Below, in pieces: positions 41,289 to 51,582 of a stretch of 64,000 nucleotides of DNA. The notes under the pieces are model-generated. The model made no database searches and was not told the DNA's origin. It saw only the letters and a list, made by a program, of their open reading frames with translations. The first letter of the stretch is position 1. Every line of letters begins with the position of its first letter. The position numbers and the translations under genes are program-made. Source of the stretch: Nitrospirota bacterium (lineage in GTDB: Bacteria; Nitrospirota; UBA9217); the NCBI GenBank assembly GCA_963751455.1, contig CAVVUN010000002.1, forward strand, positions 544,001 to 608,000. The letters run 5' to 3'.

Positions 41289-42999
41289 TAAAGCGCTTGT
41301 TCCATCGAAAAACCCCGGGAAAAACCGCGCAGCACCCGGTCGCTCTGCGGTCAAGGTCAGCCGAAACGCGAAGACCTTGAAAAGCGAAATCAAGACATTC
41401 AAGAAATTGATGCTCCTCCAGAAGGTCAGGCAGGAACTTCTTCGCAGCAAGACAATCGGCCCCACGCAGGTCAACACCCTTCTCTCTGACAATCTCAAAG
41501 TGATTCTGACACTGACCGGAACCGATGCCGGGTCCATCCTGATACAGGAAAACGGCAGTCTCGTGTTTCGAGCGTGTTCGGGACCGGCTTCCCGCCAGCT
41601 CATGGGCAGACAGCTGCCGTGCGACCAGGGCATTGCCGGATGGGTTTTTACGAACGGCAAGAGCTACATGAGTTCCGATGTGTCCGGCGACAAACACTGG
41701 AGCAGCGAGATCAGTTCGAAAGTGCGTTATCCGACCCGGAACATTCTGGCCACGCCGCTTTCGGCCGGAAACCGCATGATCGGCGTTATCGAAATCATCA
41801 ACAAAAAGGGCGGAAGGCCCTTCGGTACGGCGGACCGGGAACTGCTCGAAACACTCGCCAGCCAGCTTGCACTGGACGTGGCATATGCCACGCTGCTCCT
41901 GGAAAGCATGAACGTAGCCCACCGGCGGGCTCTGCAGACTGAACTTGCAATGGTCCTGAACTCTTCCCTGAACCAGCGTGAAGTGCGAACGCGCGCCATT
42001 GAGGCGGTGATAAGCCTGATGGAGGCCGAAGTGGGGTCGCTGCTCCTGGTAGACGAGAAGACGAAAGACCTCTATTTCGAAGTGGCATTGGGTGAAAAAG
42101 GGGAGCGGGTAAAACAGATGCGGCTCAAAATGGGGGAGGGCATTGCCGGGTGGGTCGCGGCCAATAATGAAGCGGCGCTCATCAACGATGTGCAAAACGA
42201 TCCCCGCTATTTCCGCAGGGCCCAGACGATCACGGACTTTATTACGCGGAACATGGTATGCGTTCCTGTCCGTTCGAAGGGACATGTAGTCGGAGTGCTC
42301 CAGGCAATCAACAAGAAGGGCGGCGCGCTTTTCAACGAGGACGACCTGGAGAACTGCTGGGCTCTTTCGAACCAGGTCGCGATCGCGCTCGAGAACGCCC
42401 ATCTGTACGCCGAACTGAAGGAGACTTTCGTAAATACGGCCGAGGCGCTGGCTGCCGCGGTGGAGAAAAGAGACCCCTATACCGGCGGCCACATCAAACG
42501 GGTGGTTGAGTACAGCATGGCGATCGCGCGGCATCTGGCCGTGCCGCTGAGCGAGCAGGAAGACCTGCGGCTGGCAGCCGTGTTGCATGATATCGGGAAA
42601 ATCGGCATCAAGGACAGTGTGCTCCTCAAGCAATCCCGCCTGGACCACGATGAGATAGCGCATATGCGGGAGCATCCTCTCGTCGGAGAGGACATACTGA
42701 TGCACATCGAGCAGATGAAGGGTGTCAGGAAAATCATGCGGGCCCATCACGAGAGGTGGGACGGCAAGGGTTATCCGGACGGTCTGAAAGGTGATCTCAT
42801 TCCCATCCACGCAAGAATCATTACGGTAGCGGACACGTTCGATGCGATAACCACTGACCGGCCCTACCGGAAAGCAGCGGGATGGAAGGACGCTGTCGAA
42901 GAGATCATACGCTGTTCGGGCAAGGAATACGATCCGGCGGTTGTGCAGGCTTTTGTGCGCGCCTGTGAAGCCGGCGATATTACGATAATTCAGGGATGA
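41272..42999 (+). CDS. GAF-GAF-HD-GYP phosphodiesterase
   Basis: Two GAF repeats (GIAGWV..INKKGG.F); LHDIGK, HHERWDGKGYP. Confidence 0.92.
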   Translation: MKNKNNKALVPSKNPGKNRAAPGRSAVKVSRNAKTLKSEIKTFKKLMLLQKVRQELLRSKTIGPTQVNTLLSDNLKVILTLTGTDAGSILIQENGSLVFRACSGPASRQLMGRQLPCDQGIAGWVFTNGKSYMSSDVSGDKHWSSEISSKVRYPTRNILATPLSAGNRMIGVIEIINKKGGRPFGTADRELLETLASQLALDVAYATLLLESMNVAHRRALQTELAMVLNSSLNQREVRTRAIEAVISLMEAEVGSLLLVDEKTKDLYFEVALGEKGERVKQMRLKMGEGIAGWVAANNEAALINDVQNDPRYFRRAQTITDFITRNMVCVPVRSKGHVVGVLQAINKKGGALFNEDDLENCWALSNQVAIALENAHLYAELKETFVNTAEALAAAVEKRDPYTGGHIKRVVEYSMAIARHLAVPLSEQEDLRLAAVLHDIGKIGIKDSVLLKQSRLDHDEIAHMREHPLVGEDILMHIEQMKGVRKIMRAHHERWDGKGYPDGLKGDLIPIHARIITVADTFDAITTDRPYRKAAGWKDAVEEIIRCSGKEYDPAVVQAFVRACEAGDITIIQG

Positions 43000-43016
43000 G
43001 GGAGCATCAGCGATTA

Positions 43017-43105
43017 ATCCGCAGATTACGCAGATTGCGCAGAGTTTTAAAGATCAAAGTTGCCTCTTTCATTAAATAAGGGCGATCTGCGAAATCTGCG
43101 GCTGG
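43017..43105. repeat. Periodic inverted-repeat element
   Basis: cgcagatt array versus atctgcg array; same family as the interior of 12770-12938. Confidence 0.65.
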
Positions 43106-43172
43106 TCTTTTCTGCTGTCTCTGTTTCTTGTAAACTGTTTTTTAATTTAAGTTTTAAGGGGGAGGCAATTTC

Positions 43173-43808
43173 ATGGCCGATGTACAAGCGCAGCTTTTTA
43201 CGAGGTTCGGGAAAAAAATTCCAGGCGGCACCGTGCTTTTTCAGGAAGGAGACCGTGGTGAGGAAATGTTTATCATCCAGTCGGGCAAGGTGAAGATCAG
43301 CAAGCGCATTCGCGGAGTCGAGAAAACGCTTGCCACGCTGGACAAGGGCGAGTTTTTCGGTGAGATGGCGATCCTGAACGATAAACCCCGATCTGCGACG
43401 GCCGAGACGCTCGGAGAATGTGAAATGCTCGTGATTGACAGAAAGACCTTTGACGCGCTTATTCGCGGCAACGTGGAGATCGCCGTGCGGTTCATCAAGC
43501 GGCTTGCAGACCGTTTACGCGAGACCAACGACCAGATGGAAGCGCTCATGATCAAGGACAATACCAGCAGGCTTGTGAGTATTCTCGCCAAACACGTGCG
43601 GGAAAAGAAGGTGTATTCGATTAGCATAGACGACCTTTCCGGGCTCGCAGGAATTGAATCCGAGCAGGTCAGCATGATCCTCGAGAAGCTTGCGAGCGTC
43701 CGGGTACTGGAACTGGCCGGCGATAAAGTGCAGATCTCGAACAAGGAACAGGTTGAACGGCTCCTGCGCTATCTGGAAATGAGAGAGATTTTCGGAGAGA
43801 TGGCGTAA
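43173..43808 (+). CDS. Cyclic-nucleotide-binding Crp/Fnr family protein
   Basis: LFQEGD, GEFFGEMAIL..PRSATA phosphate-binding cassette; short C-terminal wHTH-like region. Confidence 0.88.
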   Translation: MADVQAQLFTRFGKKIPGGTVLFQEGDRGEEMFIIQSGKVKISKRIRGVEKTLATLDKGEFFGEMAILNDKPRSATAETLGECEMLVIDRKTFDALIRGNVEIAVRFIKRLADRLRETNDQMEALMIKDNTSRLVSILAKHVREKKVYSISIDDLSGLAGIESEQVSMILEKLASVRVLELAGDKVQISNKEQVERLLRYLEMREIFGEMA

Positions 43809-43902
43809 TAAAATTGCAGAATGCGGATTGCGGATTTCGGAATTATATTGAAATGCACGCGTCTATCTGATTTCAATCCATCCTGCCTGATCAAGGAGTG
43901 AT

Positions 43903-45798
43903 ATGAAACAAAAGAGCAATAAGCGTACAGGAATTATCATTGCGCTTGTCGTGGCATCGGTGCTCTCGCTGCTGCATCTCATTAATTTCCGATTTTTCGA
44001 GATGCTCGAGCAAAAGACGCTTGATATGCGCTTTCTGATCCGCGGCCCTGTTGTCCCGGGACCGGAGACCCTCATCGCTGCCATCGACGAGAAGAGCATC
44101 AATAAGCTTGGACGGTTTCCCTGGCCGCGTTCCGTATGGGGCCGGGTCGTCGAGCGTCTGACGGAAGAAGGCGCAAAAGTTATTGTTTTCGATGTTTTTT
44201 TCACTGAGCCCGAAAACGTCGAATCGGACGATTTGTTCCAACGGGCGATCAGGAGGAGCGGCAGGGTGATCCTTCCGGTGGTTTTTGATTTTTCGGAGAT
44301 CGGATACAAGGAGTCCGGATTCACAAGCAATAAACTGGACTATATGTCTGCTTCCGCCTTTGCGATGATCAGAAATCCCGAGGAGTTATTTTATCCTTTT
44401 CAGGCCAAAATGGTGCTGCCGACGCTCTTTCGCTTTTCGTCGGCTGCAAATTCCCTCGCGCACATCAACATGGTTCCCGACTCGGACGGGACACTTAGAT
44501 GGGAAGTCCTCGCAGTAAAGTACGGTGAGGATTATTTCGCGCCGATCGGGCTCCAGGCGGCCTGGGCCTATCGGGGATTGAAAAGATCGGAACTGGAGCT
44601 CGACTTCCAGGGCGCTGTCAGGCTGGGACAGACTTCGATCCCGATCGATGAACATGCGAGGATGCTCATCAACTATCGGGGGCCGACCGGGACCTTCCCG
44701 ATGTATTCGATCTCGGACATCCTCGACCGGCTGACGCCTGCCGGGACCTTCAAGGACAAGATCGTACTCATCGGCGCAACGGCAATCGGCATTTACGACC
44801 TTCGGGTCACTCCTTTCTCGCCGAATATGGCAGGAATAGAGAAGCATGCAAGCGTTGTAGACAATATCCTTCACGGCGATTTCATCTATCGCTCCGACGC
44901 CATGGTAACGCTCCTGATATTCATTTTTGCGATCACCCTCGGGGTCGCGCTGCCGCGGCTCGGGGCCAGGGCCGGCGGAGCGCTTTTCCTTGTGCTTTTA
45001 TTCGCGTACATAGTCGGAATTTATTATCTTTTTGCAGCCAGGGGCCTCTGGTTCAACCTCGTCTATCCCGGTTCTGCTTTGTTTTTCGGCTATACGAGCC
45101 AGACAGCGTACCGGTTCTTTACCGAGGAGCGGCGGGCCAGAGACATACGCAAGATGTTCTCGAGCTATGTTTCCAAGAGCATCGTCGACGAACTCATCAG
45201 GGACCCGAGCAAGGCAAAGCTCGGCGGCGAACGAAAAGAAATAACGGTCCTCTTCTCGGATATCCGGGGCTTTACCTCGTTCTCGGAAAAACATCAGCCC
45301 GAGGAAGTGGTATCCCTGTTGAACGAATATCTCGGCGCTATGACGGAGATCGTGTTCAATCATGAAGGAACGCTTGACAAGTTCGTTGGCGATGCGATCA
45401 TGGCCCTATGGGGGGCGCCGATTGGTCAACCCGACCATGCGGAGCGGGCATGCAAATGTGCCCTTGCAATGATCGTTAAGTTAAAGGAATTACAGGCTAA
45501 ATGGGTCGCCGAAGGCAGGTATGCGATCGACATCGGGATCGGCATCAATACCGGCGAAATGGTCGTGGGCAACATGGGCGCCGAAGGGAAGAAGATGGAT
45601 TACACCGTCATCGGCGACAATGTAAACCTTGGAGCGCGCTTAGAAGGCTTGACAAGGCAATACAATAATCATATCATCATATCGGAATATACCTATGCCA
45701 AAGTCGAGCACAGGGTACAGGTAAAAGAACTGGGAACGGTCACGGTTAAAGGCAAGCAGCTGCCTGTCGTGGTCTATGATCTGATCGGAGTTAAGTAA
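43903..45798 (+). CDS. CHASE2-domain class III adenylate cyclase
   Basis: AIDEKS..GRFPWPR, three TM helices, FSDIRGFT, DKFVGDA, DYTVIGDNVNLGARLE. Confidence 0.93.
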   Translation: MKQKSNKRTGIIIALVVASVLSLLHLINFRFFEMLEQKTLDMRFLIRGPVVPGPETLIAAIDEKSINKLGRFPWPRSVWGRVVERLTEEGAKVIVFDVFFTEPENVESDDLFQRAIRRSGRVILPVVFDFSEIGYKESGFTSNKLDYMSASAFAMIRNPEELFYPFQAKMVLPTLFRFSSAANSLAHINMVPDSDGTLRWEVLAVKYGEDYFAPIGLQAAWAYRGLKRSELELDFQGAVRLGQTSIPIDEHARMLINYRGPTGTFPMYSISDILDRLTPAGTFKDKIVLIGATAIGIYDLRVTPFSPNMAGIEKHASVVDNILHGDFIYRSDAMVTLLIFIFAITLGVALPRLGARAGGALFLVLLFAYIVGIYYLFAARGLWFNLVYPGSALFFGYTSQTAYRFFTEERRARDIRKMFSSYVSKSIVDELIRDPSKAKLGGERKEITVLFSDIRGFTSFSEKHQPEEVVSLLNEYLGAMTEIVFNHEGTLDKFVGDAIMALWGAPIGQPDHAERACKCALAMIVKLKELQAKWVAEGRYAIDIGIGINTGEMVVGNMGAEGKKMDYTVIGDNVNLGARLEGLTRQYNNHIIISEYTYAKVEHRVQVKELGTVTVKGKQLPVVVYDLIGVK

Positions 45799-45848
45799 TT
45801 CGCAGAAACGGCAGAAGCTCTAAATTACCGTACGATCGAGGGAGGGTT

Positions 45849-46616
45849 ATGAAGGTAAAAATTCTGGGTTGCTCCGGGTCAGAAACCATAGGTCACATGC
45901 CTCCGGGTTTCCTCGTGAACGATGTCATGATGCTGGATGCAGGTACGATAACGGCGGCGTTAACAATTGAAGCGCAGAGCAGGATAACCGATATTCTGAT
46001 CAGCCACACCCACCTTGATCATATCAAGTCCATCCTGTTTCTTGCGGACAACATCATCGGCCGGATCAAGAAACCGGTAAACATCCGTGCCATTCCGAAG
46101 GTTATTGATGCCATAAGGACCCATCTCATGAACGACCTCATCTGGCCCGACTTCACCAGGATACCGACGCCCCAGAATCCCGTCCTGGCGTACAAGCCGA
46201 TGGAGACCGGAAAGACTGTTACCATAGCCGGCATGAAAGTAAAAGCGATCCCGATGAATCACCCGGTCCCGGCCGTCGGTTTCCTGGTCAATGACGGAAA
46301 ATCGTCTCTTCTCTACAGCGCGGACACGGGCCCGAATGAAGCCCTGTGGAAGGAAGCTGCGAAAACAAAAAATCTTAACGCAATCATCGTAGACACATCC
46401 TTCCCGAACAGCCTTGAAATGATAGCTGACGCAAGCGGCCACTTTACGCCCGGACAACTCCATAACGACCTTGCAAAGGCACATGTAAACAACGGGGTGC
46501 CGATATATATCTACCACATAAAGCCTGTTCACAAAGCAAAGGTGCTTGGGGAACTGCGTGCAATGGGCAGGAAAAACGTCAAGATCCTCGAGGAAGGGAA
46601 GACGTACCACTTTTAA
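45849..46616 (+). CDS. Class II (MBL-fold) cAMP phosphodiesterase
   Basis: ILGCSG, LDAG, SHTHLDHI, IWPDF, HPVP, YHIKP. Confidence 0.88.
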   Translation: MKVKILGCSGSETIGHMPPGFLVNDVMMLDAGTITAALTIEAQSRITDILISHTHLDHIKSILFLADNIIGRIKKPVNIRAIPKVIDAIRTHLMNDLIWPDFTRIPTPQNPVLAYKPMETGKTVTIAGMKVKAIPMNHPVPAVGFLVNDGKSSLLYSADTGPNEALWKEAAKTKNLNAIIVDTSFPNSLEMIADASGHFTPGQLHNDLAKAHVNNGVPIYIYHIKPVHKAKVLGELRAMGRKNVKILEEGKTYHF

Positions 46617-46750
46617 AATTCCATATAACAAATTACAAATTTCAAATAATATTCAAATATATAATTCGAATGACAGAAACGTTTTAAATTTGAACCATTG
46701 GAGCTTATTTGGGATTTGATGCTTGATATTTGGTGATTGGATTATCTGAT

Positions 46751-47590
46751 ATGGCCTGGTTTAAGAAAGAACGGGAAAGCACTACCGCGGAAGCGCCGGC
46801 GAAGAAAGTCAAGATTCCGGAGGGGCTCTGGGTAAAGTGCGACAACTGTAAAGAAATTATCTATCGCAAGGAAGTCGATAAGAACTTCAAGGTCTGCCCC
46901 AAGTGCGACTACCACTTCAGGATATCAGCGTCCGAGCGGCTGCCGTACCTCGTGGATGAGGGCAGCTTCCTCGAAGTGGAGGACGGCCTCTCACCGAGGG
47001 ACTTTCTCGGGTTCAAGGACTACAAGGACAAGCTGAAGAGCAGCCGGAAGAAAACCGGCCTGAAGGATGCGGTCATCTCCGGCGAGGCCAAGATCGGCGG
47101 CAGGCCAGTTTCGCTCGTGATCATGGACTTCAATTTCATGGGCGGCAGTATGGGATCGGTTGTCGGCGAAAAAATCGCAAGGGCCGTGGAGCGTGCTATC
47201 GAGAAAAGAACTGCGTTCGTTTCCGTTGCTTCCTCCGGCGGCGCCCGCATGCAGGAGGGGATACTGTCGCTTATGCAGATGGCGAAAACCTCTGCAGCGG
47301 TAGCACGGCTCGGCGATGCCGGGCTTCCGTTCATCTCGGTCCTCACGGACCCTACGTTCGGCGGCGTAACCGCGAGCTTCGCAATGCTGGGCGACATCAT
47401 CGTTGCCGAACCAAAGAGCCTGATCGGGTTCGCCGGTCCGCGCGTCATTGAACAGACGATCAAACAGCAGCTGCCTTCCGGATTTCAGCGGGCCGAATTC
47501 CTCATGGAGCACGGCATGATCGATATGATCGTGCCGCGGAAGGAGATGCGCGCTATCCTCGGCAAAGTCCTCGATTTTTTTGCAGACTGA
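46751..47590 (+). CDS. accD: Acetyl-CoA carboxylase carboxyltransferase beta subunit
   Basis: LWVKCDNC..CPKC zinc finger, FMGGSMG, SGGARMQEG, FAGPRVIEQT. Confidence 0.98.
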   Translation: MAWFKKERESTTAEAPAKKVKIPEGLWVKCDNCKEIIYRKEVDKNFKVCPKCDYHFRISASERLPYLVDEGSFLEVEDGLSPRDFLGFKDYKDKLKSSRKKTGLKDAVISGEAKIGGRPVSLVIMDFNFMGGSMGSVVGEKIARAVERAIEKRTAFVSVASSGGARMQEGILSLMQMAKTSAAVARLGDAGLPFISVLTDPTFGGVTASFAMLGDIIVAEPKSLIGFAGPRVIEQTIKQQLPSGFQRAEFLMEHGMIDMIVPRKEMRAILGKVLDFFAD

Positions 47591-47608
47591 TCATACTCCG
47601 CGCGTTGT

Positions 47609-47827
47609 ATGGCAGAACTGGCCAAAATACTGATAATTATCGGCATCGTACTCGTTGCCGCCGGGGTTTTGATGTTGTTTGCCCACAAACTGCCTTTGCT
47701 GGGAAAACTTCCCGGTGACCTCATTATCAGGAAGGACAACTTCACCTTCTACTTTCCGCTCGCAACCAGCATCATTATCAGCATAGTGATCAGCCTTATC
47801 CTCTGTATCGTTCAAAAATTCAAATAG
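47609..47827 (+). CDS. DUF2905-like small membrane protein
   Basis: LGKLPGDL, FYFPLATSIIIS. Confidence 0.85.
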   Translation: MAELAKILIIIGIVLVAAGVLMLFAHKLPLLGKLPGDLIIRKDNFTFYFPLATSIIISIVISLILCIVQKFK

Positions 47828-47858
47828 GAGTGCTTGCCGCAAAAACCGCTGAAACCAT

Positions 47859-49229
47859 ATGAATGATAACGCGTTAAAAAGAGCAGCACTCCTTGTCGCA
47901 GTATTTGCCGCATTTCTTACCCCCTTCATGGTTTCATCCATCAATATCGCGCTGCCCGCTTTAGGCGCGGAATTCGACATGGGCGCAGTCGCCCTGAGTT
48001 GGGTCCCGACCTCCTATCTGCTGGCGGCTGCCATTTTCCTGGTGCCCTTCGGCAGGCTGGCCGACATATACGGAAGAAAAAAAATGTTCGGCTGGGGGAT
48101 CTGGATATTTACGCTCTCTTCGCTTTTTCTTGTCTTTTCCCCCTCATCAGCCGTGCTTATCGCATTTCGCGTCCTCCAGGGCTTCGGCAGCGCCATGATA
48201 TTCGGGACCGGTATGGCCATAATAACGTCCGTATTTCCTCCTGCAGAGCGCGGGCGGGTGCTCGGCATCAACGTTGCAGCCGTTTATCTCGGGCTTTCCC
48301 TGGGTCCTTTTGTCGGCGGTTTTCTCACGCAGCAGTTCGGCTGGAGGAGTATATTTCTTGCGACCGTCCCGGTCGGTTTTATCGTCATCTATCTGCTCGG
48401 TACAAAATTAAAGGGAGAATGGGCCGAAGCCAAGGGAGAGAAGTTCGATCTATCCGGCTCCGTCATATACGGAGCAAGCCTGCTCATGCTGATGTACGGG
48501 CTGTCGCTCCTGCCTGCATCAACCGGGCTGTGGCTCATTCTGAGCGGTCTTAGCGGAATCGTTTTATTCATCTGGTGGGAAACACGCGCTGCAAGCCCGG
48601 TTCTCAACATGAATCTTTTTATAGGCAATCCCGCATTCGCCTTTTCGAACCTTGCCGCCCTGATCAACTATAGTGCCACCTTCGCAGTCATGTTTCTCCT
48701 GAGCCTTTATCTGCAGTATATAAAGAGCTTTACCCCGCAGCAGGCCGGCTTCATTCTTGTTTTTCAGCCGGTAATGATGACTCTTTTCTCGCCGATGGCA
48801 GGAAGACTTTCCGACAAGATAGAACCGAGGATCGTGGCCTCGCTCGGCATGGCGTTTGCCGCGCTGGGACTGTTCCTGTTCACGTTTTTGACCCCCGAAA
48901 CCTCCATTCCGTTCATCATCGCCGGTCTTGTCCTGTTGGGTTTCGGGTTTGCGCTTTTTTCCTCGCCCAACACCAACGCGGTCATGAGCTCCATTGAGAA
49001 ACGCTTCTACGGCGTAGGATCGGCCACTCTCGGCACCATGCGGCTGATCGGGCAGATGCTGAGCATGGGCATCGCGATGGTCATCTTCGCCGTCAATATC
49101 GGCGGCGCCCGCATAACGCCTGAATACTATCCGCTTTTCCTGAAGAGCGTGAAAATCGCATTCTCAATTTTCGCGGCGCTCTGCTTCGGCGGCATCTTTG
49201 CATCCCTGGCGAGAGGAAAGGTACGGTGA
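47859..49229 (+). CDS. MFS transporter (DHA2-like)
   Basis: GRLADIYGRKK, ERGRVLG, GPFVGGFL..GWRSIF; many TM helices. Confidence 0.93.
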   Translation: MNDNALKRAALLVAVFAAFLTPFMVSSINIALPALGAEFDMGAVALSWVPTSYLLAAAIFLVPFGRLADIYGRKKMFGWGIWIFTLSSLFLVFSPSSAVLIAFRVLQGFGSAMIFGTGMAIITSVFPPAERGRVLGINVAAVYLGLSLGPFVGGFLTQQFGWRSIFLATVPVGFIVIYLLGTKLKGEWAEAKGEKFDLSGSVIYGASLLMLMYGLSLLPASTGLWLILSGLSGIVLFIWWETRAASPVLNMNLFIGNPAFAFSNLAALINYSATFAVMFLLSLYLQYIKSFTPQQAGFILVFQPVMMTLFSPMAGRLSDKIEPRIVASLGMAFAALGLFLFTFLTPETSIPFIIAGLVLLGFGFALFSSPNTNAVMSSIEKRFYGVGSATLGTMRLIGQMLSMGIAMVIFAVNIGGARITPEYYPLFLKSVKIAFSIFAALCFGGIFASLARGKVR

Positions 49230-49272
49230 TCCATGGACAGAAGAAGATTCCTGACACTTGCGGCGCTTGCCG

Positions 49273-49338
49273 GCCGCAGAGCGTACATCGGTATTCGCAG
49301 TATCCGATTCTCGGCACCAGCAACGGAGACCAGATGCC
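49273..49338 (-). pseudogene. 4Fe-4S ferredoxin (MauM/NapG-like) fragment
   Basis: GIWSPLLVPRIGYCEYRCTLCG; breaks off before the expected CP. Confidence 0.5.
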
Positions 49339-49427
49339 GGGGTAACTAAATGCGGCGCCGCAGATGCACATCGGAAGTTATCTGGGCAGATTTCTGAACG
49401 TATTATGATATCGAGAGCTTCTTCCTG

Positions 49428-49811
49428 TCAAGAGAGATGCTCCTCGATCCGCTTGCTGAGCTCATGGGAGAATTCGTCCTCGCCCGAAGGGCCGACTTTA
49501 ATGGCAGTTGTTGTGATATCCCGGCCGTGAGATCGCATTAAAATGGTTATATTTGTGCCGTCCGGTCTTGTTGCGTTAATTTCACTTTGGTTGCCGTTCT
49601 TTTTTGCATTTGTGATCTTGATATCGAAATCCCTGAGCGCGGCCTGGGCGGCTTTAAAGGTTATCGTTATGTCCCTGTCGTAGGTCGCCATAAGAACGCC
49701 GTTCGTGTACTGGGCTGTATTCGTTAAAGGATATTCGGATTTCTCCGGACACGCCTGCAGGCAGAGAAAGACCGGCAGCAACAGCATCATCAATCTGCTT
49801 CCTGACCGCAT
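49428..49811 (-). CDS. DUF3568-like lipoprotein
   Basis: Lipobox LQAC; IKVG..GDE..S..L...I C-terminus. Confidence 0.7.
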   Translation of the reverse strand: MRSGSRLMMLLLPVFLCLQACPEKSEYPLTNTAQYTNGVLMATYDRDITITFKAAQAALRDFDIKITNAKKNGNQSEINATRPDGTNITILMRSHGRDITTTAIKVGPSGEDEFSHELSKRIEEHLS

Positions 49812-50077
49812 CGTATGCCGCCTCCTGAGATAGTCATCCTTGACATGCGTTTCCACTTTGTTTGCAACAGCGCGGAATAGTCAACTACCTTGTTAAATGG
49901 ACCCACCCATAACAATTAATGATCAATGACTATGTTAATTATAGTATAGATCTGTTTGAGACTAATTCTCTTGAACTTTCTTCTTTGTATGGATATAGTA
50001 TTAGGCCTCCCATGTCCGGGACTGCTAAAAAAAGAATGCCGCCAACAGAGTCTGGAAATATCGAGTCTTGCATCAAC

Positions 50078-51090
50078 ATGCAAGAACGCAGCATCAAAAA
50101 ACCTCTCCGTCCGATCGAGGTCCGGGATCTCAAAATCGATCCGCCGATCCTTCTCGCACCCATGGTAGCGCTTACGCACAGCGCGCTCAGGCAGATCGTT
50201 GCGGGTTTCGGAGGGGTTGGCCTCTTATCAACGGAAATGCTCTCCGCGAAAAGACTGCCGCATGAGAACCCCGCTCTGTCCCCGTACCTGATCAGGAGCG
50301 CCTCTGAAAAGCCGCTTTCGTATCAGATCCTGACTTCGCGGGCAAGCGAGGTTTCGGCAGCCATGGACGTACTTCATGAATTGAACGCAGACGCTGTTGA
50401 TCTGAACCTGGGCTGCCCGACCCCCGCTGTCCGCAGGTCCGGAGCAGGCGCCAGGCTGATGGAGCAGCCGGACGACGTCCGCCGGATCGTGGCGGAAGCA
50501 AGGAAACGGACTCAGCTTCCGCTGACCGCAAAAATCCGGCTGGGCATGGAACCGGACGAACAGCCGTTAAAGGACTTCTGCACGATGCTCCAGGACGAGG
50601 GAATCGATATGCTCTCGGTTCACGGACGTCTCAAAAAGGAATCCTTCTCCAGAGCGCCGCGATGGGAGCGCATTGCCGAAGTGAAGGCCTGGCTCAGGAT
50701 TCCCGTTATCGCGAACGGCGGGATATTTTCCGTGCGGGACGCGGAAGAGTGCCTCAGGATCTCCGGCGCCGATGAACTGATGCTGGCGCGCGGGGCGGTG
50801 ATAAAGCCGTGGCTTTGTGCCGAAATTGCCCGAGACCTGTGCGGCTGTGCTATTCCGGCGGCGCGGCTGTATCCTTGCCTGGGCTCTACGGGCATTTTAT
50901 CGAACTCCTGATCGGGCGTTTCCTGCCCGAACACCGGCTGGGCAGGCTAAAACAGTTCACGCGTTATTTCGCACGGAACTATGCGTTCGGACACCATCTT
51001 GCATCAAGGGTTTTGAGCAGCGCTACCCTCGAAGAAGCAGAACAAAGGGCCGGCATTTTTTTTGAAAGCATGCAGAACTCGACAAGGTAG
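50078..51090 (+). pseudogene. dus: tRNA-dihydrouridine synthase family, frameshifted near 50850-50870
   Basis: LLAPM, DLNLGCP, AKIRLG, VHGR, ANGGI, LARG; helical C-terminus continues in the 50809-51090 frame. Confidence 0.75.
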
Positions 51091-51267
51091 GGTCTCCAGG
51101 GGGTGCAGGCAGCGGACAAAAAATCAGAAGCAATGGGGAGCAGGCACCGGGAAAAAGGCCGGAGAGCAGGGCCAGCTACGCTTTTCAGCCTGACTTTCCG
51201 GCTTGGACACACTTTATCTTCAGCGTTTCCCGCGATACTCTAAAATGAATCTTCCTTCCGCCTGTGT

Positions 51268-51582
51268 TTAAAAAACGGTTATTCCGTTATACGGCCTTTT
51301 TCCCTGCGCTTGCGCTGCCGCTGGTCCTCCCGCTGCAGATCCTTTTGCCGACTTCGGCTGTCCAAGGTCAAAATAAGTGACTGCGTTATACGGCTTTGCA
51401 GCGGATGCTTCTTCGATACGTCCTGCTGAATCCGGCTGTGGGGAAGACGTACCCGTATCAAAGTAGGTAATGCCGTTCCCGGGCACTGCGCCCGCCTTCG
51501 AATCCGCTTTGTCGGCAGCATAAACTGAACCGAAGGCAAATACAAACACGAGCGTTGTGAAGACCAGTATGGTCTTTTTCAT
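51268..51582 (-). CDS. Small secreted protein with three NGITYF-like repeats
   Basis: Signal peptide ending VYA; GNGITYFD, YNAVTYFD, YNGITVF; AAGGAG RBS. Confidence 0.8.
   Translation of the reverse strand: MKKTILVFTTLVFVFAFGSVYAADKADSKAGAVPGNGITYFDTGTSSPQPDSAGRIEEASAAKPYNAVTYFDLGQPKSAKGSAAGGPAAAQAQGKRPYNGITVF

Noticed and set aside
41218-42810. 530-aa minus-strand ORF (likewise 25188-26099, 34790-35848, 24288-25115)
   Set aside because: Antisense shadows of well-supported genes, with no recognisable motifs
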